From assembly GCA_951406725.2 (NCBI GenBank), contig OX597816.1:141608001-141672000 (forward strand): DNA of 64,000 bases, written 5' to 3'. Positions 13,530-26,329 of the stretch are shown here, one piece after another; position 1 is the stretch's first letter, and every line of letters begins with the position of its first letter. The position numbers and the translations under genes are program-made. The notes below the pieces were generated by a model. It was not told where the DNA came from and searched no databases. It saw nothing but the letters and a program-made list of their open reading frames with translations. Source of the DNA: Octopus vulgaris. Lineage: Eukaryota.

Positions 13530-13551
13530 GCTCCTTCTACAAAATAAATAA

Positions 13552-13582
<31 letters not shown>

Positions 13583-13614
13583 TTCACATATAGAAGAATA
13601 AAAGAATATATATT

Positions 13615-13823
13615 CTTTTATTCTTCAATTTGTTTCAGTCATCTGACTGTAACCATGCTGGAGCACTACCTTAAGGAGTTTTAGTTGAACAAATCAACTC
13701 CAGGACTAATTTTTTGTAAGCCTAGTACTTATTCTATTAGTCTCTTTTACTGAATCGCTAAGTTATGGGAATGGAAATACACCAACATCAGTTGTCAAGC
13801 AATGGTGGTGGAGGGACAAACAC

Positions 13824-13859
<36 letters not shown>

Positions 13860-15887
13860 TCATCATCATCATTTAATATCCACTTTCCATGCTGGCATGG
13901 GTTCGACAGTTTGACTGAGGACTGGTGAGCTGGATGGCTGCATCCAGTCTGATCTGGCAGTGTTTCTACAGCTGGATGCCCTTCCAAACACCAACCACTC
14001 CGAGAGTGTAGTGGATGCTTTTACGTACCACCAGCTTGAGCGCCAGTCAGGCAGTACTGGCAATGGCCATGCTCAAGTGGTGTTTCTTACATGCCACCTG
14101 TACAAGAGCCAGTCCAGCAGCACTGGCAAATGACCTTGCTCGAATGTTGTCTTTCCCGTGCCACTGGCACAAGTGCCAGTAAGGTGATGCTGGTAAGGAT
14201 CACACTCGAATGGTACTTTTTACATGCCACTGGCATGGGAGCCAGTCAGCGACCCTGGCAATGATCATGCTTGGATGGTGCTCTTAGTGCTCTACTAGCA
14301 CGGATGCCAGTCAAGCGATGCTGTCATCGAATTTGATTTCGATTTCACTTGCCAACAGGTCTTCGCAAGCAGAGTTTAGTGTCCAATGAAGGAAAGGTAT
14401 GCATAAGTGGGCTGGTTACACCACTGGAATAGGCCATGGGTTATGGTCTCACTTGGTTTGCCAGGTCTTCTCAAGCACAGCATATTTCCAAAGGTCTTGG
14501 TCACTAGTCATTGCCTTGGTGAGGAGTAATGTTCGAAGGTTGTGCTTCACCACCTCATCCCAGGTCTACCTCTTCCACAGGTTCCCTCAACTGCTAGGTG
14601 TGACACTTTTTCACACAGCTATCCTCATCCATTCTCACCACATGACCATACCAGTACAATCGTCTCTCTTGCACACCACATCTGATGCTTCTTAGGTCCA
14701 ACTTTTCTCTCAAGGCACTTACACTCTGTCAAGTAAGCACACTGACATTACACATCCAGCGGAACATACTGGCTTCATTCCTTGCAAGCTTATGCATGTC
14801 CACAGCAATCATGGCCCATGTTTCACTGCCATGACTGTACGTCCACTGCCATGACTGTACGTTTAGCATGACTGTACGTCCACATGTATCATACAGACTA
14901 CATGAGAGGCTCTTTGTCATCAGCAGAGGTAGGAGCTCTCTGAACTTTGCCCAGGCTATTCTTATTCTAGCAGCTACACTTTCAGAGCATCTGCCCCCAC
15001 TACTGACTTGGTCACCTAGGTAACAGAAGCTATCAACTACTTCTAGTTTTTCTCCCTGGAATGTGGCAGAAGTTGTTCTCTGCACATTTTCAGTGTTTAT
15101 TGCTCCTGAGCATCTGCCACATACAAAAACTATCTTCTCAGTTAGCCTTCCTTTGATATTGCTGCATCTCTTATGTGTCCATAGCTTACACTGGGTACAT
15201 CTTAAAGAGTTTCTACCTACGCCTCTTCTACAGATCGAGCAGGGTCATCTACCTGAAGGGTTTTGTGGTTTGTCTGCCTTCCTACTTATTAGGACTTTAG
15301 TTTTAGCTAGGTAAACTCTAAGGCCCTTCGATTCTAATCCTTGCTTCCACACCTGAAACTTCTCTAGTTCTGATAGTGACTCAGCAATTAGATCAAGGTC
15401 ATCAGCCCAGAGGAGCTCCCAGGGGTATCCCGTCTTGAATTCCTCTGTTATTACCTGGAAGACTATGATGAATAGGAGGGGGGCTGAATTCTTCACTGTA
15501 CTTGTTGCCAACTCTCACCTTACTGACAGCGTCCCTGTACATGGTTTGCACAACTCTCACTAACCATTCATTTATCCCTAGTTTCCTCATTGACCACCAG
15601 ATAAGGGATTGGGGGACCTTGTCAAAGGCTTTCTCCATGTCAATGAAAGCCAGGTACAGAGGTTTATCTTTGGCTAGGTATTTCTCCTGCAGCTGTCTTA
15701 CCAGAAATATAGCATCAGTGGTGCTTTTCCCTGGCACGAACCCAAACTGCATCTCATCTAAACTGACTCTCCCCCTAATTAGTTCGGCTATGACACTCTC
15801 CATGACCTTCATTACCTGATCCAACAACATGATACCTCTGTAATAATTTGTATCTAAAGCGTCACCTTTACCTTTGTAGCAGTTGAC

Positions 15888-15946
<59 letters not shown>

Positions 15947-16200
15947 TACAGGGTGCGATGAGTAAATTGTTGCTGTTTTATATTTTTAATCATTTGAGCA
16001 GGTTGTTCGGGAAAAGCTGAACACTCAGGAGAGCCCATCATATCATATATATGAAATCTTAGTTTCCATGTACTAAATACGCTCACAAGACTTTGGTTGG
16101 CCCAGGGCTGTAGTAGAAGACATTGCCCGACTACATGGTTCTGAGTTCAGAACCATGTAGTTAAAAAACAAACTTCTTACCACAAAGCCACTCCTGGACC
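13615..16200 (-). mobile_element. SINE family A, tail (13615-13830) and head (~16070-16200) separated by the RTE insertion
   Basis: The two halves lie in consistent order and orientation around the LINE. Confidence 0.55.
13858..15890 (-). mobile_element. 5'-truncated RTE-clade LINE
   Basis: RT fragments QFGFVPGKSTTDAIF..FIDMEKAFDKVP, LLWADDL and VDSFCYLGD; 3' UTR with tandem units and an (ATG)n tail. Confidence 0.92.
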
Positions 16201-17112
16201 TCTAAGTGTATATAAAATATATATAGTGTGCATAAAATATATTTAGTGTATATAAACATCAGTGTAAAGTACTTGGCATAAGTATGTGTATACTGTGTAA
16301 AGTAACTGATATAAAAATAGTTGTATAGCGTACAGAAAGTAAACAGTATAAAATATGTGTGTCTTTATGAAAGGTATATAGTGTACATATATAAACATAA
16401 CAATGTAAAAAAAAAAATCTAATATAAAGTGTATGTAATATATATAAATGTATTGGTGTAAAGTATCATGTGTAAAATAAATGTGGTATAAATAAAATAT
16501 GTGTAATGTATAAATATATATCATATCATTGGAAAGTAACTAGTATGAAGTGTGTTTAGTATATGTTTAAACACTAAATGAAGTAAATCATGAAGTGAAT
16601 TTTAGCTATATTACTTGTTTTGGTTTAAGTGAATAATAGTATAAAGTTAAGATATTTTTTATATGAATCTATCTTGAATAAAAAACAATAATAAATAAAC
16701 AAATAAATAAACACCCAATAATTGCGAACTAATGGCTATGTAATATTCATACAGAATTTTAGAGCAGTTTCTATTCTAATATTCTGGAGGCTGTTTTTGT
16801 GCGAATATAGAGGAATTTCTCTGAATTAATTAGATTAGCAAAATAGACATTGGGTAAATGCCATTCCATTTAGTTCTGAGATTAGATCTAATGTAATTTA
16901 AACATATTGAAAACTGAATAAACAGAGAAAATATTCGCATATAAATATAAGTAGAAACACCTTCCAGCAACTTGACAAATTGCAATTCCCCGAATAATGC
17001 CAGCTGCCATCATAATTTTATTATTATCTACGTTTTTATGGAAGTCAGAGTAGCTAAAACATCAACATGGTAAAATCTCATCATATGTGTGTGTGTGTGT
17101 ATGCACACATAA

Positions 17113-17143
<31 letters not shown>

Positions 17144-17159
17144 GATACATATATATGTT

Positions 17160-17228
<69 letters not shown>

Positions 17229-17874
17229 TAATATACATACACACACATACACACACACATATTATACTCAAAAGAATTTAAAATAATCTTACATGTAGTA
17301 AATCATTTTCTCTGAAATATTCCCATCATAATTTTTACATATTTTCCCTCCAGCAAGATTTTGGTAAAACCTAGCTTACATCAGCTGTCCTTTCTCTTTG
17401 ATAATTTTTCAGTACAACCTAATCCCTACATGTTCCTTGGCCTATTTCTGATCCTGTTTTGTTATATTTAAAAGCCTATTTTTCTGTTTGCTCATCTTAG
17501 GCACTGCATCACAGATAATTTTTATTATGAGTGATATCAAATATAGTATCGTTTCTCAGAGTTAAAGCATTGAACTGATGTTTCGGCTCATGGTGTGTTT
17601 TACATGTGACAGTATGGATTATATATTTTTTAGTGTAGTTATTGGGTTTGAAATTCATCATTTAGTTAGAATTCTAGATATGGTCATTAGCTTGCTATTA
17701 TATAAGATTTAAGTCATTTTACGAAGATTTCAGTTTATTGTGAGATTGATGGAGTGTTTATGCAAAAACTATTTTGCTTTCTGAACCAACTAATTTGTGA
17801 AATTTAAACAAAAATGAGCAAAAAAAAAATAAATAAAGCAGTGACCAGTAGCATGTATTTGAACAACACAGACA

Positions 17875-18200
17875 TATGGCACTCCATCACTTATGATGAC
17901 GAGGATTCCAATTGGTTTGATCAACGGAACAGCCTGCTTCTGAAATTAATGTGCAAGTAGTTAAGCACTTCACAGACACATGAACTCTTAACGTAGTTCT
18001 CAGCGAGTTTCAGCATGACACAAAATGTGATACAACGGACTCTTTGAAATACAGGTAGAATTCATTTTTTCCAGTTGAGTAGGCTGGAGCAATATGAAAT
18101 AGAGTATCCTGCTGAAGGACACAACATCCCACCAGGAATTGAACTCATGACCTTATCATCATGAGCCGAATACTCTAACCACTAAGTCACACACCTTCAC
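17875..18200 (-). mobile_element. SINE family B
   Basis: Reverse complement of family B; partial copies also at ~6845-7070 (+) and ~10715-10920 (-). Confidence 0.8.
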
Positions 18201-18729
18201 ACAAATATATATGGGTACATCAAATGCCATACAACATAAATTCTTGATCTGTTAAAATTATCTTCACCTCTAGACGATGAGTTATAATTACCAAATGGTA
18301 ATTAAAACCAGTTCCATATGAGAAAGGAAGATGGTCTCAAGAATCATGAATTCTCTAAAGTTGACATACCAATAAAGAAAAGGTATGCTAGTACATCGGG
18401 CTCAAAATCATGAGGTTCAATTCCTGGACCGGGCAGTGTGTTGTGTTTTTGAGCAAGACACTTTATTTCACATTGCTCCAGTTCACTGAACTGTAGAGAT
18501 GTGTTGTGATGTCACTGGTGTCAAGCTGCACAGGTCTTTGGCTTTCCCTTAAATAACATTAGTGGCATGGACAGCAGAGAAGGCTGGTATGCATGGGTGA
18601 CTACTGGTCTTCCATAAACAACTCTACCTGGACTTGTGCCTTGGAGGGGAACTTTCTAGGCACAATCCATTCATGATTGAAGGGAGTCTTTACCTTATGC
18701 TACCAGGCACTCTGAGTTATTTCTCTTAG

Positions 18730-19050
18730 TGTGTGGTTTAGTGGTTAGGGTATTTGACTCACAATTGTAAGGACATGAGTTTGATTCCTGGCAGCATATT
18801 GTGTCCTTGAGCAAGACACTTTATTTTACATTGCTCCAGTTCACTCAGCTGGCAAAATGAGCTGTACCTGTAGTTCAGAGGGACAGCCTTGTCACATTCT
18901 CTGTGAAGCTGAATCTCCCTGAGAACTAATTACTTTAAGAGCACATGTGTCTATAGAGTGCTCAGCCACTTGCTCATTAATTTCACAAGCAGGTTGTTCC
19001 ACTGATTGGATCAACTGGAACCCTCATCATCTTAACCGATGGACTGCCAG
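18730..19050 (+). mobile_element. SINE family B
   Basis: Colinear with 20351-20668. Confidence 0.8.
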
Positions 19051-19153
19051 TAATTTTTGGTTAAATTATGCAAATTACCTAGAACGTAAATGTGTTCTAC
19101 TCTTTTCATATATGTCTAAGTCCCTAGCCTACTGGAGAGAAGGTTGAAAATTT

Positions 19154-19195
19154 CTTGTGCTGATGATGCATGTTGAGGCAGAAACATGTCCAAAG
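19154..19195 (+). ncRNA. Minimal type I hammerhead ribozyme motif (Penelope-like), intact core
   Basis: CTTGTG-CTGATGA-TGC(ATGTTGAG)GCA-GAA-ACATGT-C-CAAAG: both core boxes present, stem II, palindromic stem III, GUC cleavage triplet, and stem I with one bulge. Confidence 0.6.
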
Positions 19196-19220
19196 TTATC
19201 CTCTTACTTCCAGATATTAA

Positions 19221-19440
19221 CCCTTTCGTTACTGTATTTATTTTGAGATGCTCTGTGTTTCTTTCAATTACTTTAAATATAACAAAGAATTCAGTAAAAT
19301 AACTTAGTTATCATTAAGCTAGTATTAGGAACATAAATTGTGACTAAGGTTTGGTGGAAGATTTTTATTCAAAACTTATGAAAACCAGACATTTGAACTC
19401 AGAGCCAGAGCCGGTTTCAGCCAGGCTGGTAACGAAAGGG
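19221..19440. mobile_element. piggyBac-type MITE, family 1
   Basis: TTAA|CCCTTTCGTTAC ... GTAACGAAAGGG|TTAA: perfect 12-bp TIRs and a TTAA duplication. Confidence 0.88.
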
Positions 19441-20350
19441 TTAAACCTGTTCTTTTCCTTAAAGGCATGTCAACTTTGGAGAATTTTTGATTCTTTATAT
19501 TATCTCCCCTTCTCATATGGGGCTGGTCTTAGTTGCCATTTGATAATTATGGCACATTCTCTAGAAGTGGATATAAAATTTAATAAATCAAGAATTTATT
19601 TGATACACCTGTATTTGTCTAAATTGTGAAATAGAAAATTTATAGACAGTTTGCAGCTGCAATCTTCAAACAGTCCTTGTAATTACATATTCTACAATTC
19701 ACAAGCAGGTCTAGGTATGACAGTATGATAACTCATGTTTATATACAAGACATTCTAGCATCCAGACACATCTAGATGTAACATTAATACTCAATGTGGA
19801 ATCTACAGCACTGTGTTAAAATCTAAATGTACAATCCACCACATCAGCAGCCTTATAAGATATGAACATACATTCAAAATGTTACAGTCGCATTCCATGA
19901 GAGTAAGATAATTGATGTTTAACAGCATATTAAAAATTAAATGTTTAACAACATATTAAAAATTAGACGTATCAACAACTAGACGTATCAATAACAATGT
20001 ATGATACAGACATACATTCAAAACGCTACATGTTCTATCATCCATCTACCCACAACTAGTCATATCAGCAACATACCAAGATGAGGGTACAACACCATAT
20101 TAAAAGCACTTTATGTTTAGCTTGATCCAGACAAACACAAAAAAAAAAAAATGTTAGATTTTGTTCAGCTCTTGTTCTAGGTCATTATCATCTCTTATAA
20201 GTCAAACAAAATTACTATACATTACTAAGGTCTCTTTTAATACTCCCTTCTGAGATTACCAATAGAATCTTTGATTACTTTTGGACCATAACACTGCTAC
20301 ATCAAGACTGACCTGAATCATAACAACTAATTACTATTTGATAATAGGAT

Positions 20351-20668
20351 GGTGCATGGCTTAGTGGTTAGGGTATTTGGCTCATGATTGTAAGGTTGTG
20401 AGTTCAATTCCCAGTGACACATTGAGTCCTTGAGCAAGATACTTTATTTCACATTGCTCCAGTCTAATCAGCTGGCAAATATGAATAGTGCCTGTATTTC
20501 AAAGGGCCAGCCTTGAAACACTCCGTGTCATACTGAATCTCTCTGAGAACTACATTAAGGGTACATGTGTCTGTGGAGTGCTCAGCCACATGCATGTTAA
20601 TTTCATGAACAGGCTGTTCTGTTGATCAGATCACCTGGAACCCTTGTTGTCATAACTACAGAGTGCCA
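20351..20668 (+). mobile_element. tRNA-derived SINE family B
   Basis: TGGCTTAGTGGTTAG A box, GAGTTCAATTCCC B box, GTCCTTGAGCAAG motif. Confidence 0.85.
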
Positions 20669-21269
20669 TAGTAGGGTGGCAGCTGGAATGTAAATAAAGC
20701 ACATCAAATTACAAAACCTATGTTAATTTATGCCTAATCAAGTAGACCTATGATCAAAAACAGTCAAACTGTGAAGATCCGTTTTTTTTTTTAGTGATAT
20801 CCACAACTATATTATCCAGTGGATTTTTCCCTTATTTAAAATGACTGGGTATGATTAGAGAGAAATTTGGTTACAATTTCTAGCAGGTTACCAGGCCATG
20901 TAAAGGCGCCTTTGTTGGATCATCAATGGGTTAATCTTAAGTCATTGATTGCCTGTAACTTGTCATAAACGCTATGCTACAACAACATAGAGCCTTCATT
21001 CATGCTGTATTCAGTAAATATTTCCAATCATTACATCTTTCATGTATGCACAATAAATATGTAATCTTTTGTATCGCTATAAGATTATAGCGCTATGCTC
21101 TCTTTGACTTCTTACTACTAGAATCTTGTGCTGTTTCTAGTAATTATTGAACTAACCCATGTAACAAACTAAAGCTATTTATATATAATATATATATTAC
21201 TTTACTTTAATCTCAACAAAAATATTTAATGTAATTAAATAACACAAAATTATATTTATATACTATAAA

Positions 21270-22200
21270 TAATATGCACTCATATGTAAGGTGCACATCT
21301 ATTCATTCATTTATTTATTTATCTATTTTTTGCTACGAAAGCCTGAAGGAAATAACTTATGTATAATATGCACTGACTTTTCTAAAGATACCCTTTGGTC
21401 AAATTTATTATAATAGCTGACTTAAATGCTCTGGGAAAATTCATGCAACCTAAACAAATCAAAAGTAACCGTTGAACTTTACAGACTTAAAGTGACCTTT
21501 TAATTTTATAGGCAAATGTGGAATTACTGCCCCCAACCTTCAGAAGGCTATAAAGCACATAACACAGAATGTAAACATTGTCATTATCGAATGTTTTCAT
21601 TTAATTACTTTTATTAAATCCTTGCAACTGTGTTTGAATGAAATAAACATTTATGAATTGATTTTAATGAACTTCATTAAAAATATATTCAAAATAATCT
21701 CACAATAGTTTCATGAATCAATTATCCCAGTTGGCTTGCTCTTGTAATGCTAGACCAGTTCTGTTCATAAACTGCATCCACCACCCAGCTGAAATGCAGA
21801 ACTTTTGAGAAATATTATATTTGTTTGTACCTGTAGATAGCTGTAAGCTATACATGAATAATTATGTCTATTAACTTTTGTTCTAATAGCCATGTGAATG
21901 AAAAGTTAATTCATGTGTAATTCACATGCCCACCTATATAAATCTTTCTCCAGTTTCTGTTATAGAGAAACATTCTGGCATATTTTGTTTTCACATTGTA
22001 TTGAATGTTTCCACCAGTCGCTCACTAGTTTTTTCTGACACACAAAACTCTGTCCCAGCACTACAATTCCTATGCTCTTCAGCCTTTTCAATATCATACA
22101 ACTTAAAACCAGCCTCATAACTCAATCTTTTTCCTTTAGTGATTATGGTCAAATTTTGTAACATCTTTTTCAAGCAGAAATACAAGGCATTTTTTCAAAA
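21270..22200 (-). mobile_element. pogo/Tigger-like (POGK-type) transposase relic
   Basis: SYEAGFKLYDIEKAEEHRNCSAGTEFCVSEK (Brinker-type DNA-binding domain) followed by QKFCISAGWWMQFMNRTGLALQ (CENP-B HTH motif FxASxGWxxxF). Confidence 0.7.
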
Positions 22201-25200
22201 CTTCTGCCAGCAAATCTGTGTATATATATGCAAGCATATAGATTGATATGAACAATATAACATAGATATCATTACAAATACTTTTGTTTCTGCAAGAGAT
22301 GTATCCTGTGTTTATTTACAATACTGATATTCAGAGTAACTGCATAACAATATCATGATCAACCTGTTCTACATACACAATCATTTGCTGATGAGGATGT
22401 GTATATGCTAAGGCTTGTTATGAATTTCAAGCCCAGAGAAAAGTGTAATTGATAAGCCACAGACAGCATTTCATGCCCTTTATCTCAGTTAAAAAGTGCA
22501 CTTTTATGAGTACATATGGTGTTATTGTAGTGATTTAAACTCTTTGTTATATATCAGTCAGCTTGAACAATAGGTACAACTTACTTCAGGTCATACTGAC
22601 CAGAATGTAAAGTGCACTTGGAGCAGAGACAACATTGAGACCATTTTGTTTTCATGTGTAGATTGCACCCAGAATTTGAGTGTTTAAAAATCTGGGGAAA
22701 GAGTACAGTACACACAAATAAATGCAGTAGATTAGTAATTGTAATGCTAATGAAAATACTTCTTTGAATTTTCAGCAAAATAGAATACAACTAAAGCAAT
22801 ATTAAAATATGAAACACTTGCTAATTGCACCACAAAAGGGTTACACTAACATTATGCAAAAGAAACTGTAATCACCATCTGAAATCTGAAACATCTAAGA
22901 CATAAAACAGGAAGTAATTATTTCCCACTGGAAATAATAATCTCTCATTATTGATGCAGTTCATTGCTTCAGGTGTTTCCTGCAAGTGATTCAACTCTGG
23001 ACTTGAGGTACTCACTTGATTTGGTAATTAAGTTTTAATCACAACTCATTTTTCAAAATTTATTTCATTTGACTTTGCTTGAAAGTCATTTTCAGGAAAT
23101 TTTCCAAATTAATGTTTAGAATTTCAACATGGCTTTCATATAAAAGGATTTTCTTTTGAAGTTGTGGAAGGCATTGCAAATTTTGTTCTCTCAAAAGTTT
23201 AGAAAATCTCCAAGTCATGACAATTTTCAGTAACTAGAAATATTTTTGCTGAAACTTTTAGGAAAATCTAAAATGAATAAAATTTCTCTTAATGTTTTAT
23301 CATTTTGGGAGTAAAGTTGATTTGACCATAGAATTCAAAGCAATAAAGAAATAAAATCTGTTCTTCCATAACATAATAATAAATTCTTGATATGACATCT
23401 ATTCAAAACAAGTAGCAACCAAACTTAACACAACCAAGGAATTCCCGAGGCTGGAGGCTAGTCCTTTTCTGTCTAAAATAGAATATAAACTTAATCTTTA
23501 GTCAACTTTTGTAAAGTTTTGAATAATAATTTTGATAGAGATCACTTAATTTGACATTTATCTGAAACCAAAACTTTATTACTAAGCTGCAACATCTTGA
23601 AGGCTACACTTCTACATCCTAACACATATACATAAAATCTCTTCAATGTTAATCAAACAAGAAATCTGAGATGTTAGTGAATTATCACAGACTAGGAGGT
23701 GAGTACATGATTTTTTCTCTCAAGTCTCAATTAACCAGATATTTTCTCAACAATGAAGACAAATATATGACAAGTCATTCATATCTGCATTGTAAAGATG
23801 AACACTGAAGTAGATTTCTATCACCTCATCATATTTAATGCTGCTGAATACATTGCTTACTCACGTTTATAGTATGCAGTAAATTAAGTTGTCAGGCTAT
23901 ATGGATGGAAGATAGTTTTGACAGTTTCGCTGTATAAGTATTCTGATGTGGTGCTGTGACATCATGGTTAATGTATTTATATTATGTACAACACTGTCAT
24001 CAGATCAAACTCTCCCAGCACAAAATGCTGCTCAACTTGCTCAACTTGACTTTCTCAATGTACCTGAAAACATACCCCTTCCACTTCACAGATGAGTATT
24101 AGGAAATATTTGAATCAAAACCATTTAAAAATCAAATCTAAAAAAAAAAAACAAATCAATTTTCTTTTGTCTTTTTAGATAGGTAGGTCAGTGCTAATGT
24201 AGCCATTGTTAGCATAAACTGGTCAGTGCCCATATAATCAATCTGTTATAGCTTGAGGCCAGAGATAGCTAAAAGATGACATAACTTCTTAACTTTTGAA
24301 TTTAGTATCAAACTTTTTAAAGTCCTACAATAAAAAAGACAGTAAAAACTATACGAAGTAAGATATCTTCTCAATACTAACCACTTATATAGATCTTCTC
24401 CAAAGCAAGAATTGTTTAAGTGCTTCCCTTCATTTCTTTACAATTGGTTCAGATGAACTATAAAGCAAATCAGAGGTGGTCTACAACTTCTGTCATGCTT
24501 TTGTACGTTATCTTCTCTATTATTGACATCAGTGAATAAAGTCACATGATAAAAGTATAGAAATTGAGATATTAATCTTTTAAATTTATGGCCAGGTGCA
24601 CAAATGAAGAACCAAATGGAATGTATTTATATGGATTAAAAAGGAAAAAAAAAAAGAAATAAAATCTGGTTGTAAAACAAATTCATTTATTGTATATTTC
24701 AATGATGATGATGATGATGAAGGCAACATTCCAGTCCAATTAGAGCAATTGAAACCATCTCTTTATTTTCCAACACAATACTAGCTATATTCCATTAGAT
24801 GGATTTGAAAGCTTTCTTTTACTGCTGCTATGTCAACCAATAACTCATGGCAGAATTCCAGCATTGCACATGCACTAATGCTTCCCTCCAAAATTCCTAT
24901 GACACTGCAATAATTCGTTAACATTACACAAACACAAAAGGAATCATTGAAAATAAGCATAAGTTTTGAAATATGCATGTTTTCTCTCACCTGAAACTGT
25001 CTCATTATTGAGATCTTAACTTTTGTATTTTGTTCAATTCTTTCACACATGAACTCTATGCCTTTAGAACTTTTAACTGGATTATGTGTTCCTTACAAAT
25101 ACTAACCTTATATTTAATGACCAAAAGCTAAGTATATCTATATAGATAACCAAACACTAAAACTTTTCCATAAATTCAAAATTATAGTAAACTCTTAAAA

Positions 25201-26329
25201 ATTCCAATTTTAGTATATTTTGTTGCTCATTCTGAATGCCATCTTTTCTCAAAAAGCTCACTTTTCTTTATGACCCTCGTTTACTGTGATCATCTTCTCT
25301 ACAACTTCCTGCCTCCAACTTTAAACTTAGATTTACTTCTTTGACACTTCTGTACACCATTCTAACTTCTATTGTCATGACAATACTGTTATAATAATTA
25401 CAATTTTAAAGAAATGAAAGAAATATTATTCAAATATGGCAAAGTACTTACACATTTTTACTATTTTATAACTTTTGATTTCTTTTCATAAAAATCTCAA
25501 TAAGTTACTAAATGTTTTAAAGTTATTCCACTATTTGTTTAATTTGATCTTTCTTCTAAATGTGTTATATCGCACGTTTGGATGACTTCTACTCAACTCC
25601 TGACGTCTAGACTTCTCCCTCTATATCTACATATTGGGATAGCCTACTTCATCATCTGGGGGCGTCCACACAACAAAATGTTTAAAAGTTATTTCACAAC
25701 ATTTTTGCTTCCCTTTCATATTTACTATTTTTTAAGTTTTGATCTTTCTTTAAAAGTTAGGAAAGAACAAATTCAATAATATTAAAGCATATTACTCTAC
25801 CCCTGGTATTTGAGTACTCTTTTTTCCACCTTGTTTCACATTTATGTGTTTACTCCGGTATATATATATATATGCATAAAACAAGAAAATTTACAGGGTG
25901 ATCCAAAAGTCCTTCTCAAGTCTGTGTGTGTGTTTTCTGATGATGATGATTTTTGGGTACACATTCACAAAGAGCTGTGTGTTTGATTTATGGACTGGAC
26001 AGCTTGCTGTGTCCTTGAGTAAAGTACTTTCATACAGTTCCAGTCTACTCAGTTGGAATGAGCACCAGCTGAGTGATGGTATAGTCCTCCCATCCTCTCT
26101 CTATCCTTCTCCCCATCTCTTCCCTCTCTCTCCAGCCATCTGCTTGATTCACTGGATCATCCAACCCTGGATGTTCCACTGATCAAGAGTGAAGAGCTGA
26201 GAGGGTGTCTATGCTAGCTCATGATTACATAAAAATCTAAAACAATTAGTGAAAGCATGGTACATGCTACCAGAATCAAGTCATCCTTGATTCTGTGTTA
26301 CAGCCATAGTTTGTATATATAAACTATGC

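Noticed and set aside
22900-24620. Possible second hAT relic on the minus strand (LSSILCWES, YLKSRVESL)
   Set aside because: Only two short, weak motif resemblances; I could not assemble a supportable element without a BLASTx search.
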